From the human T2T-CHM13v2.0 reference genome, Homo sapiens, in assembly GCF_009914755.1 (NCBI RefSeq), contig NC_060941.1: 64,000 nucleotides of DNA, one strand, 5' to 3'. The notes beneath the pieces are model-generated. The model did not search any database, was not told the origin of the DNA, and was given only the letters and a program-made list of their open reading frames with translations. The first letter of the stretch is position 1. Each line of letters starts with the position of its first letter. Positions 1 to 24,860 of the stretch are shown here, in pieces. The position numbers and the translations under genes are program-made.

Positions 1-639
1 TGAGCCCAGGAGTTTGAGACCAACCTGGGCAACATGGCAAAACCCTGTCTCTACAAAAAATAAAAATTAAAAAATAAGCTGGGGATGGTGGCATATGCCT
101 TTGGTTCCAGCTACTGGGGAGGCAGAGGTAGGAGGATCTCTTGAGCCCAGGAGGCAGAGGTTGCCATAAGCTAAGATCGTGCCACTGCACTCCACCCTGG
201 ATTATAGAGTGAGACTCTGTCTCAAAAAGTAATAATAATAAACCCAATAAATCTCCTTTTGCCTGTAAAGAATTGATAATGTTTTCTTGGACTTGTGTGC
301 AAAAATAAATACAGATTTTTAACAGAGACTGCTCAGCTCACCAGTGTCTGGGAAAGGGCAGCCTAGCCTCTCCCTCTACATATATCAAAGGGTTGGAATA
401 GAGCATTCCAAAGAATGATCTAAGTAGAAACCTCTGAAGGAAAATCTCTATGAACATTCCATTTGCCTTATGAGGAGCTTAAAATTTAGCTCCCCACTGA
501 AGAATTTGTTTCACCTTCAGTACTTGGTTAGGCTTGCATTACCTTATCCAATGGCCTCTTTACCTCTTTGGCAAGGTCTAAATTTGTCACAGATGTGGGA
601 TTTTTTGTTTTGTTTTTACAAAGTCTAAGTTTGTCACAG

Positions 640-1157
640 ATTGTAGGAGTCCAAGTGAGACAAAGTAGAGTTGGGGCTTGGCTTCATTCAGCTCACCCCC
701 AACTAGAGCATTCCCACTGAAATGCTCACACAACTACGTCACTGCTAATAGTCCTTTTACTTAAAGAATTCCAGGAACTGGCCTTGGAGATAATCAAGGT
801 CACAGAGTGTTCCCCCTCAGGAAGGAATGCTGAACAACTGATTTACAGCCTGGTTGCCCTGGCCAGACCACCAGCTGGCCCATTACTCAAGAAAACCATC
901 ACAATCAGATATGCTGACCTGCATACCCTACCCATCACGTGTTTTGTCCAGCCCAGCCTGCATACCCTACCCTTGATGTCAATTCTCATGCTTTGCCTAC
1001 CAAAAAAGCCCTACCAGCTCTTCAGGGAATTCTTTCTTTTGTGCTGCCTCCCTTATGTCTCAGCATAAGCTCCAATGAAGCCTTGTCTGGGAAAGCTCTT
1101 TTGGCCTCATGTCAATTTCTTTTGCATTGAGAGCCCAAGAACCCATGGTCAGTAACA
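640..1157 (+). mobile_element. ERV1 MER4-group solo LTR (MER67-like)
   Basis: The 3' end ...gcattgagagcccaagaacccatggtcagtaaca is typical of MER4-group LTRs; internal cctgcataccctaccc repeats. Confidence 0.6.
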
Positions 1158-1375
1158 TAAGGAGACATGACAACTAAATACAATGTGGGATCCTGGATTG
1201 GATCCCGGAACAGAAAAAAGATATTAGTAAAAAAACTGATAAGATCTAAATAAGGATTGTCATTTCCTTAAATAAAAAAAAAAAGTAACTATGAAAAATA
1301 GAATAGATATAAGACTAAGGTAGGCCATTCCCAGAATCCAGCTTTGAAATACTTTGCCTCCTTATCACAGAATCA

Positions 1376-1761
<386 letters not shown>

Positions 1762-1919
1762 TTAAAGAAGTTTCCTACCCATCATCTTTTTTCTTCTCCC
1801 CTCCCTCTTTCCCCATTCTTCTCTCTCCCTCTCAAATATATTTTGAATATGTTATGCCTGTATGAGGTATAAAACTCAGAAAGTACAAAAATATATGTGT
1901 AGTTCAGATTAATAGTAAG

Positions 1920-2237
1920 TGTGGTAGGCTGAATAATGATCCTCCCTAAAATAAAATATTTACATCCTAATCCCTGGAACCTGTGAATGTTATCTTATAT
2001 GGGGAAAAAAAGAACTTTGCAGATGTTATTAAGTTAAAGATCTTGAGATGGGCATATTATCTTGCATTATCTAGGGGGCTCCTAAATAAAATCACATGTA
2101 TCTTTGTAAGAGGAAAGCAGAAGGAGATTTAACACAGACAGAAGAGGAAAAGGCAATGTGACCTTGGAGGTGGAGACTGGAGGGATGTGGCCACAAGCCA
2201 AGGTGGGCTAGCATCCACCAGAAGCTAGCAGAGGCAA
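1920..2237 (+). mobile_element. MaLR LTR (MLT1D-like), partial
   Basis: tgtggtaggctgaataatg...cctaatccctggaacctgtgaatgtta...ctttgcagatg...gatgtggccacaagccaagg. Confidence 0.8.
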
Positions 2238-5306
<3,069 letters not shown>

Positions 5307-5342
5307 TAGTCAGGCTGCTGTCAAACTCCAGACCTCAGATGA

Positions 5343-5630
<288 letters not shown>

Positions 5631-6230
5631 TGACCTTGTGATCCGCCCGTCTCGGCCTCCCAAAGTGCTGGGATTACAGGCATGGGCCAGCGCACCCGGC
5701 CGCTCATTCTTAAACATGGTTCTTCTCAAGTCTCCTACATTTCTGCAGGGAAAGTTTTTAAAGTTTGTCCTGTTTTCATCAAGCTCAAGGCCAGACTATG
5801 AATCTTCATAACAATATGATTTAAGCTTATTCTGATTCTGATGTGGAATACCCCAGCTATCCTTAAGGTGTATTTTTTTTTAAAATGGAACTCCCAGAGG
5901 TTCATGGAACATATTTTATAAAGAGCATCCCACTAGCCGGCTGTGTGGTAGAAGGCTGTTTACTGATAGTAGCATCCTAAACCAAAGATAACTAGATGAT
6001 TTACAAGGGCAAGAGAAAAAAAGAAAAGAAAAGAAGATAACTTGAGTACTGTCATGTTTTCTGCACAGGAGAACTTGTGCAATTGCTGGAACAAATCCAA
6101 ATAGATTATTCTGGTTCTGTTTATTTTCGTTTTAGAGACAGCTTCTTGCTATGTTGCCCAGGCAGAACTTGAACTTGGTTGTGTTTTCTTATCATCCAGG
6201 ATGTGTTCTTATTTATTTATTTATTTATAG

Positions 6231-6557
<327 letters not shown>

Positions 6558-6920
6558 TGAGATGAGGTGCTAATTCTTCCTACTTAACTCAAACCTTTCA
6601 CCTGGCATTTCATTGTTTTACCTGGAGCCAATCAATAATACCATTTCTCCAGACTTCTCAGTCCCTCCCCCTGAGAATCAGTTCACATTGTCCCCATGTC
6701 ATTCATGACTTTACTGCTGGGACACAAACTGTGCCTTTTTGGGGTCTCAGATGGTAGTGTGACAGAATATACACTTTCTGTCTTTAATGAGCTTTTATTA
6801 TCCTACAATGATTGAGTGTGGATGAAGAAATAGACACCTACTCCTCTATCTCCAAACAACTGATTAAAATAATCAAAGGGGCCAGGCGTGGTGGCTCATG
6901 ACTGTAATCCCAGCATTTTA

Positions 6921-7223
<303 letters not shown>

Positions 7224-8262
7224 CTAGGTATGGTGCCACATGCCTGTAATTCCAGTGCTTTAGGAGGCCCAGGTGGGCGGATCGCTTGAGCACAGGAGTT
7301 TCAGACCAGCCTGGGTAACACGGCGAAACCCTGTCTCTACATATATATGGTGTGGTGGCACATGTCTGTAGTCACAGCTGCTTAGGAGGCTGAGGGGGGT
7401 GGATCACTTGAGCCTGGGGGATTGAGGCTGAAATAAGCCGAGATCATGCCACTGCACTCCAGCCTGGGCAACAGAATGAAACCCCATCTCAAAAAAAATA
7501 AAGATAAAAAAATAAAAAATACACACACAGACACACACAACTGATTAAACAGTGGAAGGGAGAGAAATATACCCCAGTGATAGAAGAATTTCTGCCAGAT
7601 AATGGTTACCTAGGACTGAATGCTAGGGTAAAACTCATGTATATATCTACTTGTAAGAAAATAAGAGAATAGCGCAGTATCATGAGAATTGAGAACAGGA
7701 ACTCTTGACAGACCCCTGCTAATAACTACTAATCACAGATTCAAGATCTAGAAAAAGCTGTTTCTTGAAGATTTGTGGGCCATTTTACTTGGAATCTCTT
7801 TTCATGGGCAGGACAAAAATACTTGAAGGTAATTGCACAGAGTTTAGGAGAGAAAAGGAGGCCATAAAAACAGGAAAATCTGTGGTGAGGTTCTACCCTG
7901 ACTGGAACATCTCATTAGAGCAGGTAGATCATCTCAACACTGGGAGAAGTTTCCTTATTCTTATGGGCAACTGACCCCATGGGGCAGTTTCCCTCACCTC
8001 AATTTACAAAACAGCCAGGAAGGGAACCACACACTGCTATGCCTTGTACCTGAACCACAAGCCAGTCCAAACAGAAAAACAGGTATCAGGCTGGGCATGG
8101 TGGCTCACGCCGGTAATCCCAGCACTTTGGGAGGCCGAGGCAGGCAGATCACGATGTCAGGAAATCGAGACCATCCTGGCCAACAGGGTGAAACCCTGTC
8201 TGTACTAAAATACAAAAAATTAGCCAGATGTGGTGGCATGCACCTGTAGCCCCAGCTACTCA

Positions 8263-8397
<135 letters not shown>

Positions 8398-8439
8398 TCA
8401 CTAAACAGAGCCCTAAAGAGGCTATACTGTTAAGTGGTT

Positions 8440-8670
8440 GTGAATATAGCCGTGGAGTTACGTTGTCTCAGTTTAAACTCTATCATTTATTTTCTGTGTG
8501 ACCTTGAGCAAGTTATTTTCTTCAGGTGCCAGTTTTCTCATCTACAAAATAGAATAATAGCACCCACCTCTCGGAAGTGTTGTAAGAATCAACTGAATTT
8601 ATACACGTAAAGTCCTTAAAATAATGCCATGCACACAGAAAAGTCTCAATAAATGTTAGCTGTTATAGGA
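8440..8670 (+). mobile_element. MIR
   Basis: ctgtgtgaccttgagcaagtta...cagttttctcatctacaaaatagaataatag...ctcaataaatgttagct. Confidence 0.75.
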
Positions 8671-9252
8671 ATAATAATATTATTATTCTTTTTGCAACTT
8701 CAAACAAATGGTCATCTTGAATTATGAATATGGATGTGGCCTTTTTTTATTTGAGACAGAGTCTAGCTCTGTTGCCCAGACTGGAGTGTAGTGTCGTGAT
8801 CTTGGCTTACTGCAATCTCCGCTTCCTGGGTTCAAGCGATTCTCCTGCCTCAGCCTCCCAAGTACCTGGGAAAACAGGTGTGCGCCACCACGCCTGGCTA
8901 ATTTTTGTATTTTTAGTAGAGATGGGGTTTCACCATGTTGGCCAGGCTGGTCTCAAACTCCTGACCTCAAGTAATCCGTCCGCCTTGGCCTCCCAAAGTG
9001 CTGAGATTATAGGCCTGAGCCACCGCACCTGGCCTGGATATGGCTTAAAAGTTGATTTAATCCAATTCCCTCCCAAGACTTTTGTGAAACTGTGACTCAA
9101 TAGAAAAATTGACTTCTTGGTGAAGCATTTACTACATTATCTCATTTAACCCTCTGTGAGTTATGTACCTTTGCTGTCCCCATTTTACCATTGAGAAACA
9201 AGCTAAGAGAAGTTAACTAATTTGCCTAAAGTTTTAAAGTGTTAAGTGGTGA

Positions 9253-9660
<408 letters not shown>

Positions 9661-10544
9661 TAAGTTTCTACATCACAACACTTAAGCAAGGCGTGGTGAC
9701 CTGTGTCCTATATAGTGGGAGGCTGAGGTGGGAGGATTGCCTGAACCTGGGGGGTTCCAGGCCAGCCTGAAAAATATAGTCAGATCCCTTCTCAAACAAA
9801 ACAAAATAAACCACATATTCAATAACTGTGAGAATTTTCAAGCAGGTGTTTCTAGTTGTCAGCCAAAGAACAATCTTAATTCTTTCACTGCACCACATAA
9901 CTTCCTGGTCAACTTGTCTGGATGAATTAATTGCAAATATTCCTTTAATAAATAACAAAACAAGCTGGGTGAGGTGGCTTGCACCTATAATTCCAGCTAC
10001 TTAGGAGGCTGAAGTGGGAGGATTTGGCCAAGAGTTCCAGACCAGCCTGGGCAACATAGCAAGACCCCATCTATATCTTTTTTTTTTTTTTAATTAGCCA
10101 GATATGGTGGCCTAGCAGCTGTAGTCTGGCCTACTCAGGAGGCTGAGGTGAGTGGATTGCTTGAGCCCAGAAGCTGGAGACTACTGTGAGCTCCCATCAT
10201 GCCACTGCACTTTAGCCTGGGTAACACAGCAAGACTCTCAATCAATCAATCAGTCAATCCACAAATAGACTTTCTGTATAGTGTTATGAGAGCAACTGGA
10301 GAGCAACAAGCCTTCACCTAATGTTCATAGTTCCCTCTCCCATTGCCCTCCCCCTTGCTCTCAGCTGACAATTTCCTACTTCACAGAGAAGATACAGGCC
10401 AATGGGCAGTGGATTCTTCAGGGTCCTACCCTGCCCCATAAACCAACAACTTATCTGCAACCCTGTCAATTCTTGCTTTTTCCTTTTCTTCTCAGTCGTG
10501 AAATTCTCTCTCTTTTAAGATGATTTTCTCCACACATACTCTAA

Positions 10545-10890
10545 ATCAATGGTCACCTGAAGATTGACAGAAAGTTAATTCTTATGCCCCATCCCAGACT
10601 TACTGAATCAGAAACTCTGGGAGTGGGGCCAGCATTCTCTGGATTAACCAGCCTATCAGGTGATTCTGATGCATGCTGAAGTTTGAGAACAATTGTTCTA
10701 AATCCTTATTATTCAAAGTGGCCCATGGAGTGGCAACTTTGGTACCACCTGAGAGCATATTAGAACTGTAGATTCTTGGATGCCCCCTAGACCTAATGGA
10801 GCTGAATCTGCATTTAATAGGATCCTCCAGATGATTACAGGATCCCCAGATGGTTCATGTGCATGTTAAAGTTTGAGAAGCTCTGCTCTA
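10545..10890. mobile_element. Tandem MER5A / MER5B (hAT-Charlie MITEs)
   Basis: cccagacttactgaatcagaaactctgg...ggtgattctgatgcatgctgaagtttgagaac, followed by a second unit ending ttaaagtttgagaagctctg. Confidence 0.75.
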
Positions 10891-10898
10891 AATAATAA

Positions 10899-11208
<310 letters not shown>

Positions 11209-11333
11209 TGACCTCAGGTGATCCACCTGCCTCGGCCTCCCAAAGTGTTGAGATTACAAGCATGAGCCACTGCGCCTGGCTCCTGTCAGCATTTTAAAAA
11301 TGAGTATGTCTCTTTAATATTAAAAAATCATTA

Positions 11334-11662
<329 letters not shown>

Positions 11663-12078
11663 TCATTATTCTATTTACTTTTTAGCTACTTCTCTCTCCT
11701 ATTCACAGACAAGCTTCTTAAATGACTTACCCATACTGTAAACAGAGTCTTTTTCTCTTCACCTCACTCACTCCTCAATCCCTATCAGCCTGACCTGTCC
11801 CTGCCACCCTACTGGAAATTCTTGAGCGAGGGAAACAAGAAACCCCTTATGGATAAATCCACTGGATGATTTTCAGTTGTAAACTCACTTGACCTCTCTA
11901 CAGCATTTGACGATATTGGCCGTGTTTGCCTTCTTAAAAGTCTCCTTAGATTTTTGAATAAGACATTCTTTCCATCTTCTTCTATCTCCCTGACCACTCA
12001 TTATCATCTTTCTTTGGTGTCCCCTGCTCCTACACCTAGCCTGGGTATGGCTAGTGAGTGGGCCTACTTGATCTAAAA

Positions 12079-12320
12079 CAGAGTTTCCCGGTCTCAGCAC
12101 TCTTGACTCTTTGTTGCAGGGGGCGGGAGGGTGGCAGGGGGAGGCCTCAGGGGTGGGGGTGTCCTTCTGTGTGTGCATTGAAGGATGTTTAGTAGTAACA
12201 TCCTTGGCCTCTACCCACTAGACACTAGTAGCATTTCCTCTCCTCAAGTTGTGACAATCGAAAATGTGTCCAGATATTACAGAATGTCCCATCAGGGGAA
12301 AAATTGCCCATGGTGAGAAG
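12079..12320 (+). mobile_element. MER20 DNA transposon
   Basis: tgcattgaaggatgtttagtag...tggcctctacccactagacactagtagca...gttgtgacaatcgaaaatgtgtccagatatt. Confidence 0.8.
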
Positions 12321-12397
12321 AAAGGGTCTAAAAGCAATCAGATCAGATGTGACCTGGTTCTGGTAAACAGTAAGACATCCTTGCTGAAAATTTCTAG

Positions 12398-12829
<432 letters not shown>

Positions 12830-13633
12830 TGAGGTGGTTTCTGATGACATAGCTGGATCAACCAGTTCTGATGTCAGCCCTTCCTCTGGATTTAGTCCTG
12901 GCTAATACACCTTTCAAACTCACTTACTCATCTGATCTCCTGTTGTCCCATTTCCTTCTCCCTCTTTGTCTCTCAGCCCGTCCCCTTCAGATTGACATTT
13001 TATTTGCAGTTTGGTTTTCTAATTTATTTTTCCCAGTAGATACTAACTTTTCCTCTATCTTTTTCCACATTTTACACGGAGGCTAGCATCTCACCATTGT
13101 CACAATGACTGCCAGTTCCCAGGCCTCAACCTGGAATCTCAGAAGCAACTCTTTTTGTACAGCTGAGGGGCACCTGGAACATAGAAGTTAAGAAGAGATC
13201 TGGCTGGGATCAAGAAACCTCTTTTCACTGCACCTGAGGCTCAGTTGTGCCCTCTGCTGACACTAGGTCAGGAGGCTGGACAGCTCCAACTGGAAACTTG
13301 GAGCAGGGTTTTAAGACCTCTGCTTTCTCACTTTGAAGAATTGGAATAGAAAAATAGAAAATACAAAAATGATGAGTCCTTGGAATTGATAGGACACGTA
13401 GACTTGAGAGACTTGAACATGTTTTTTGTCTGTTTGATTCCCTTCTCTATTCCCAGTGTTTCGAGCAGTTCTAGTCCATGGTAAGTGCTCAGTAAATATT
13501 TGTGCTGATGAGCAAGCAAAAGGCTGTTCTGCTGTGAAAGGTATGGTGGAGACCCTTATGCTCCTAGAAAGATGCAGAGAACAATTGCCTTGTTTCCTGA
13601 CAAGTCCCTGTCCAAGGTCCTCATCAGGCTTAG

Positions 13634-13909
<276 letters not shown>

Positions 13910-14019
13910 TAGGCTGGTCTTGAACTCCTAGGCTCAAGTGATCCTCCCGCCTTCGCCTCCCAAAGTGTTGGAATTACAGGTGTGAGCCAACAAGCCTAGC
14001 CAATAAACTGAGCATTCTT

Positions 14020-14035
14020 TTTATTTTATTTTATT

Positions 14036-14074
<39 letters not shown>

Positions 14075-14078
14075 TTTT
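14020..14078. repeat. (TTTTA)n(TTTA)n microsatellite derived from an Alu tail
   Basis: Read directly from the sequence. Confidence 0.85.
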
Positions 14079-15486
14079 TGAGAAGGAGTTTCACTCTTGC
14101 TGCCCAGGCAGGAGTGCAATGGCGCTATCTCTGGCTCACCGCAACCTCTGCCTCCCGGGTTCAAGTGATTCTCCTGCCTCAGCCTCCCGAGTAGCTGGGA
14201 TTACAGGCATGTGCCACAATACCCGGCTAATTTTGTATTTTTAGTAGAGACGGGTTTTCTCCATGTTGGTTAGGGTGGTCTCGAACTCCCAACCTCAGGT
14301 GATCCGCCTGCCTCAGCCTCCCAAAGTGGTAGGATTACAGGTGTGAGCCACCACACCCGGCCCTGAACATTCTTTTAAATAATTCAGATGGGCTGATTCC
14401 ATTCAGGGGGTCCCATATATGGAGCTTTACTTAATTTGAAGGGTGAAAGGGGCAAATGTTAATAAATCACGGTTCCTATGCTTTGGCATCTGCTGAGATA
14501 GCTTTTTCTGCTACTTCTCTTGACATCCTGGCCCCTGTGAGGACCATGATGTTCCTTGGGTGCATCTCCCAAATCCCAGGAGCACAGTTTCTACTATCCT
14601 ACAACCTCACCATGCTGGGCAAGGTAGAGGTAAGGCTTAAAGACTGGTGCCTGCCTTCCCAGGTTGGCCCAAGAAAATGAGGCACATATTCTGTTGCAAC
14701 TGAGCCCCAAACCATCTGGAGGAATTCAGTTGACTCCCCTCACGGGCCCTTGCATGTGGAGAGGGCCAGGAACAGGATAACTTACTTTTGAACACACCAC
14801 TATCTAAGTTCTTTAGTTTTTTCTCCAGTTCTCCTCCCCTTATAGCTTGTAGAATTATTTTTTTTTTCTGAGAACTTTAAAACATTTTATTTTGTTTTGT
14901 TTTGTTTTGTTTTTTGAGACAGGGTCTTGATGTCACCCAGGCTGGAGTGCAGATCATAGTTCACTGCAGCCTCCAACTCCTACGCTCAAATGATCCTCCT
15001 GTCTCAGCCTCCCAAGTAGCTGGGACTACAGGTGTGTGTCACCATGCCTAGCTAATTTTTAAATTTTTCTTTTGTAAAGATGGGGGTCTCGCTTTGTTGG
15101 TCTCAAATTCCTGTCCTCAAGCGATCCTCCCACCTCAGCCTTCCAAAGCACTGAGCCACTGAGTCCAGTCTTTTTTTATTAAATACAGAAAAATATGGAG
15201 AATAATAAAATGAACGTGTGTCCTCACTACCAAGGATCAAAGATTATTAACATTTTGTCATATTTCTGCTGTATTTTAAAGAAATACAAAAATTACAGAT
15301 AAATTTTATATTCTTTTACCTCTTGCTCTGCACCCCAGAGTCCCATTAACCATGTCCTCTCCCCAAGGGTAACAACTACCATATTTGTTTGTATTTTTCC
15401 AGTACAATTTTTAGATTTTACGTACATTAGATTACTTTATACTATATATATTACACAAATTATTTTACTTTAGCAATATATGATAA

Positions 15487-15624
<138 letters not shown>

Positions 15625-16561
15625 TAGGTGTGTGCCACCATGGCCAGCTAATTTTTGTATTTTTAGTAGAGACGGGGTTTCACCATGTTGGTCAGGCTGG
15701 TCTCGAACTCCTGACCTCAAGTAATCCACCCAATTTGGCCTCCCAAAGTGTCAGGGTTACAGGCATGAGCCACCGCGCCTGGCCTATAATAATGTCTTGA
15801 ATGTGTATGAAATGTATATAAATATGCTATGCCATATCAATTTGTGTATTCATTTCAAATCATCCTCTTAGGACTGGGCATGGTACCTCACACCTGTAAT
15901 CCCAGCACTTTGGGAGGCCGAGATGGGAGGATTGCTTGAGGCCAGGAGTTTGAGACCAGACTGGCCAACATAGTGAGACCCCATTTCTATTTTATACAAT
16001 TAAAATATTGGCTGGGAACAGTGGCTCATGCCTGTAATTTCAGCACTTTGGGAGGCCAAGGGGGGCAGATCACTTGAGGTCAGGAGTTTGAGACCAACCT
16101 GGCAAATATGGTGAAACCCCATCTCTACTGAAAATACAAAAATTACCTGGACATGGTGGTGGGCACCTGTAATCCCAGCTACTTGGGAGGCTGAGGCAGA
16201 AGAATTGCTTGAACCTGGGAGGCAGAGACTGCAGTGAGCCTAGATCACGCTACTGCACTCCAGCCTGGGTGACAGAGTGTGACTCTGTCTCAAAAAAAAA
16301 TTAATTAAATTAAATTAAAATATTAAAAATAAAATAATCCACTTAGGCTGGTGCATGGCTCATGCCTGTAATCCCAGCACTTTGGGAGGCCAAGGCAGGA
16401 GGATTGCTTGAGGCCAGGAGTTTAAGACCAGCCTGGGTGGCAACATAGTGAGACCCTGTCTCTACAAACAATACAAAAATTAGCCAGGTATAATAATGTA
16501 CACCTGTAGTCCCAGCTACTGAGGAGGCTGAGGTGGGAGGATCACTTGAGTCCAGGAATTA

Positions 16562-16792
<231 letters not shown>

Positions 16793-16835
16793 TTAGCCGT
16801 GCATGGTGGCAGGCACCTGTAATCCCAGCTACTCA

Positions 16836-16970
<135 letters not shown>

Positions 16971-18710
16971 TTACTATCTTGTAATATTATTTTTGAGATG
17001 TTTCCATGTTGACACAGTGTACCAGTTAGGAATGCTTCTGGCTAAAGATAACACGAAACCCAACCAAGAGTGATTTAAACAAACGAACTTTTTTCTCTCA
17101 CATACAAATATTCTGGAGGTCGATAGCTGTTGGCATTTTTTTTCCCATAACTCAGTTATGTCAGGGACAGAATTTCTGTACTTCTGGCACTTTCTTCACG
17201 GCTGTATGCAGGGGGAAAGTGCAGTGCCAGCTGCATTTGTCTCTAGAATCCCTCAACAAACTTCCATTTATATCTCTGATCAGCTGGGCACGGTGGTGCA
17301 CCTGTGGTCCCAGCTACTCAAAAGGCTGAGCCCAAGAGTTTGAGACCAGCCTGGGCAAAATAATGATACCCCTTCTCAAAAAAAGAAAAAAAAATCTCAT
17401 CGATCATTATTTTCCCATGGCCTACGTGCAAAGGAGCTTAGGAAAGAGGATAATTAGTCTTTTCAGCCCCATAGAGAAGGTGGCAAATGGAGAAAAGAGT
17501 CAGGAATGGTTGCTGGGTCAGTCAATGTCTAGTATATTATTCCTAAAAGAATATTTCTTGTGACTGCTATCACTGTTATATGGATTTTCTTACTTATTCC
17601 ACTACTGATGGATGTTTCCAATGTTTGCCATTTCAAGCAATGATGCAATGAACAACCTTGTATATGTCTTCTTGTGAATTTGTAAAATCTTTATCGTCTC
17701 CATTGCACAAAAAAACTGGCTCTGCTAAATTGTATATTTTTGCATACCAGGATATGTTTTTGAAACAAAAAAGCTGAATGTTTAACTTTTTTTCCTCTCT
17801 AACATCATGTTCCTGAGGCACAAACCCAAATATCCTTCAGTGAGGGAAGGATCAAGAGGGAGTAGGGATGTCTAGGGGTGGAAAGCTAGTGAACATTATA
17901 AAAATAATTTCCTGCTAAAAAGAAATTATAAAGTCTTAATATATTAGAAATTATATTCTGAATTAGTACATAAACAAAAACTAGGACATCAAAAAGACTC
18001 ACAAAGAAGCAGAAATCTCAGAACAGACCACACAGGATGAAAAGAACAGTGCAACACAAGAATTCAGTATAGTTAGGAGCTCAAACAAACAAGACCAATC
18101 ATACTAGTTACAGGGTATCCTCAATTCCCTAGCGAGGAGGAACAGGAGATTTTTATCTGTGTCAGTAAAGATTCTTTACATTGCAAGTGAAGAAAAATCC
18201 AAGGCAAACTGCTTTCACTAGAAAAGGAAACAGAAAAGACTATTGCTAAGTCCAGTGATGGTCATGACTTTATCCAAAGTTCAAATCATGTTAGTAGGAC
18301 CTAGCTCCCAGATCCTCTTCCTCTGAGTGTTAGCTTCATTTTCAGGCAAGTTCCTTTCCTGGTAACAGAATGGCTGTAGCAGTCTCAACTTCACATTCAT
18401 AGGACACAGAATCCTGAAGAAGAATTTAGCTTATCTTCCAGTAGCTTCATTTTATTAGGGAGAGGTTTTTCTTTCCCAAGAGCCCCAGCAAATATCCTTA
18501 TATCTCACTGGGCTTCTGACTAGGTTATGAGTTCATTAATGAACCATCAGTAAGGCCATGGAGATGGAATATGTTGACTGACCTAACCCAGTCTGAGCTC
18601 TCCCAGAGCTGAGGCTGAGACCAATTCTACCCAATCACATAGCTTGAGAGTAGGGGAGGGAGTGATTACCCAGGATAAAATCTTTGTATTATTTCACCAA
18701 AAGAAGGGTG

Positions 18711-19240
18711 TTCAACCCAGCGATCTCGTTACTGGGTATACACCCAAAGGAAAATAAATCGTTCTACCGAAAGGACACATGCATCCATGTGTTCATTGCA
18801 GCGCTGTTGACAACAGAATCAACCCAGGTGCCCTCAATGGTGAATTAGATTTAAAAAATGTGGTACGCATACACCACAGAATACTATGCAGCTATAAGAA
18901 AGAACAAAATCATGTCCTTTACAGAAACATGGGTAGAGCTGTAGGCCACTATTGTAAGCAAATTAACACAGGAACAGAAAAGCAAATACCTCATGTTCTC
19001 ACTTATAAGTGGGAGATAAACATTGGATACACATGGGCATAAAGATGAGCGCAATGACACTAGGTACTAAAGGGGGAAGAGGGGGTGGAGGGCAAGAGCT
19101 GAAAAACTACCCATTGGGTACTATACTGACTACCTGGGTAATGGGTTCACTCATACCCCAAACCTCTGCATCATGCAATATATCTTTGTAACAAATCTGC
19201 ACATGTACCCTCTAATGTGAAAATAAAAGTTGAAAAAGAA
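18711..19240 (+). mobile_element. 5'-truncated L1PA/L1PB 3' end inserted into an older MLT1-like LTR
   Basis: L1 ORF2 C-terminus and 3' UTR (gttctcacttataagtgggag...gcacatgtaccc...aataaaagttgaaaaa), with 12-bp TSD AAAAGAAGGGTG at 18699-18710 and 19241-19252. Confidence 0.85.
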
Positions 19241-19558
19241 AAAAGAAGGGTGAATGGATGTTATGGATACTGGAAAGGAAAAAACAAAATGTCCACTAAA
19301 GTATCAGAACATACTTTATATGATTTTTAGTTAATTATATGTAAGCAGGTAGAGTAAGCCATATTAATCTCATTACAAAGACAGTCTGTCATTGTCCGTA
19401 AATCCTTTGACTTATTTACCCCATTTTTCATTAAAACCCATCCAAGAATAATTACAGGCCAGAAGCACTTTCCACTAATCACCACTTAAATGATAAGCCT
19501 AATCATTAAATGATAAAACTAAATCAGTGCCCTCGATTGCCTGTAAAAGAAGATACTG

Positions 19559-24860
<5,302 letters not shown>

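Noticed and set aside
17641-17649. Perfect C/EBP-ATF site TGATGCAAT
   Set aside because: An isolated 9-mer inside a decayed L1 remnant, with no supporting context.
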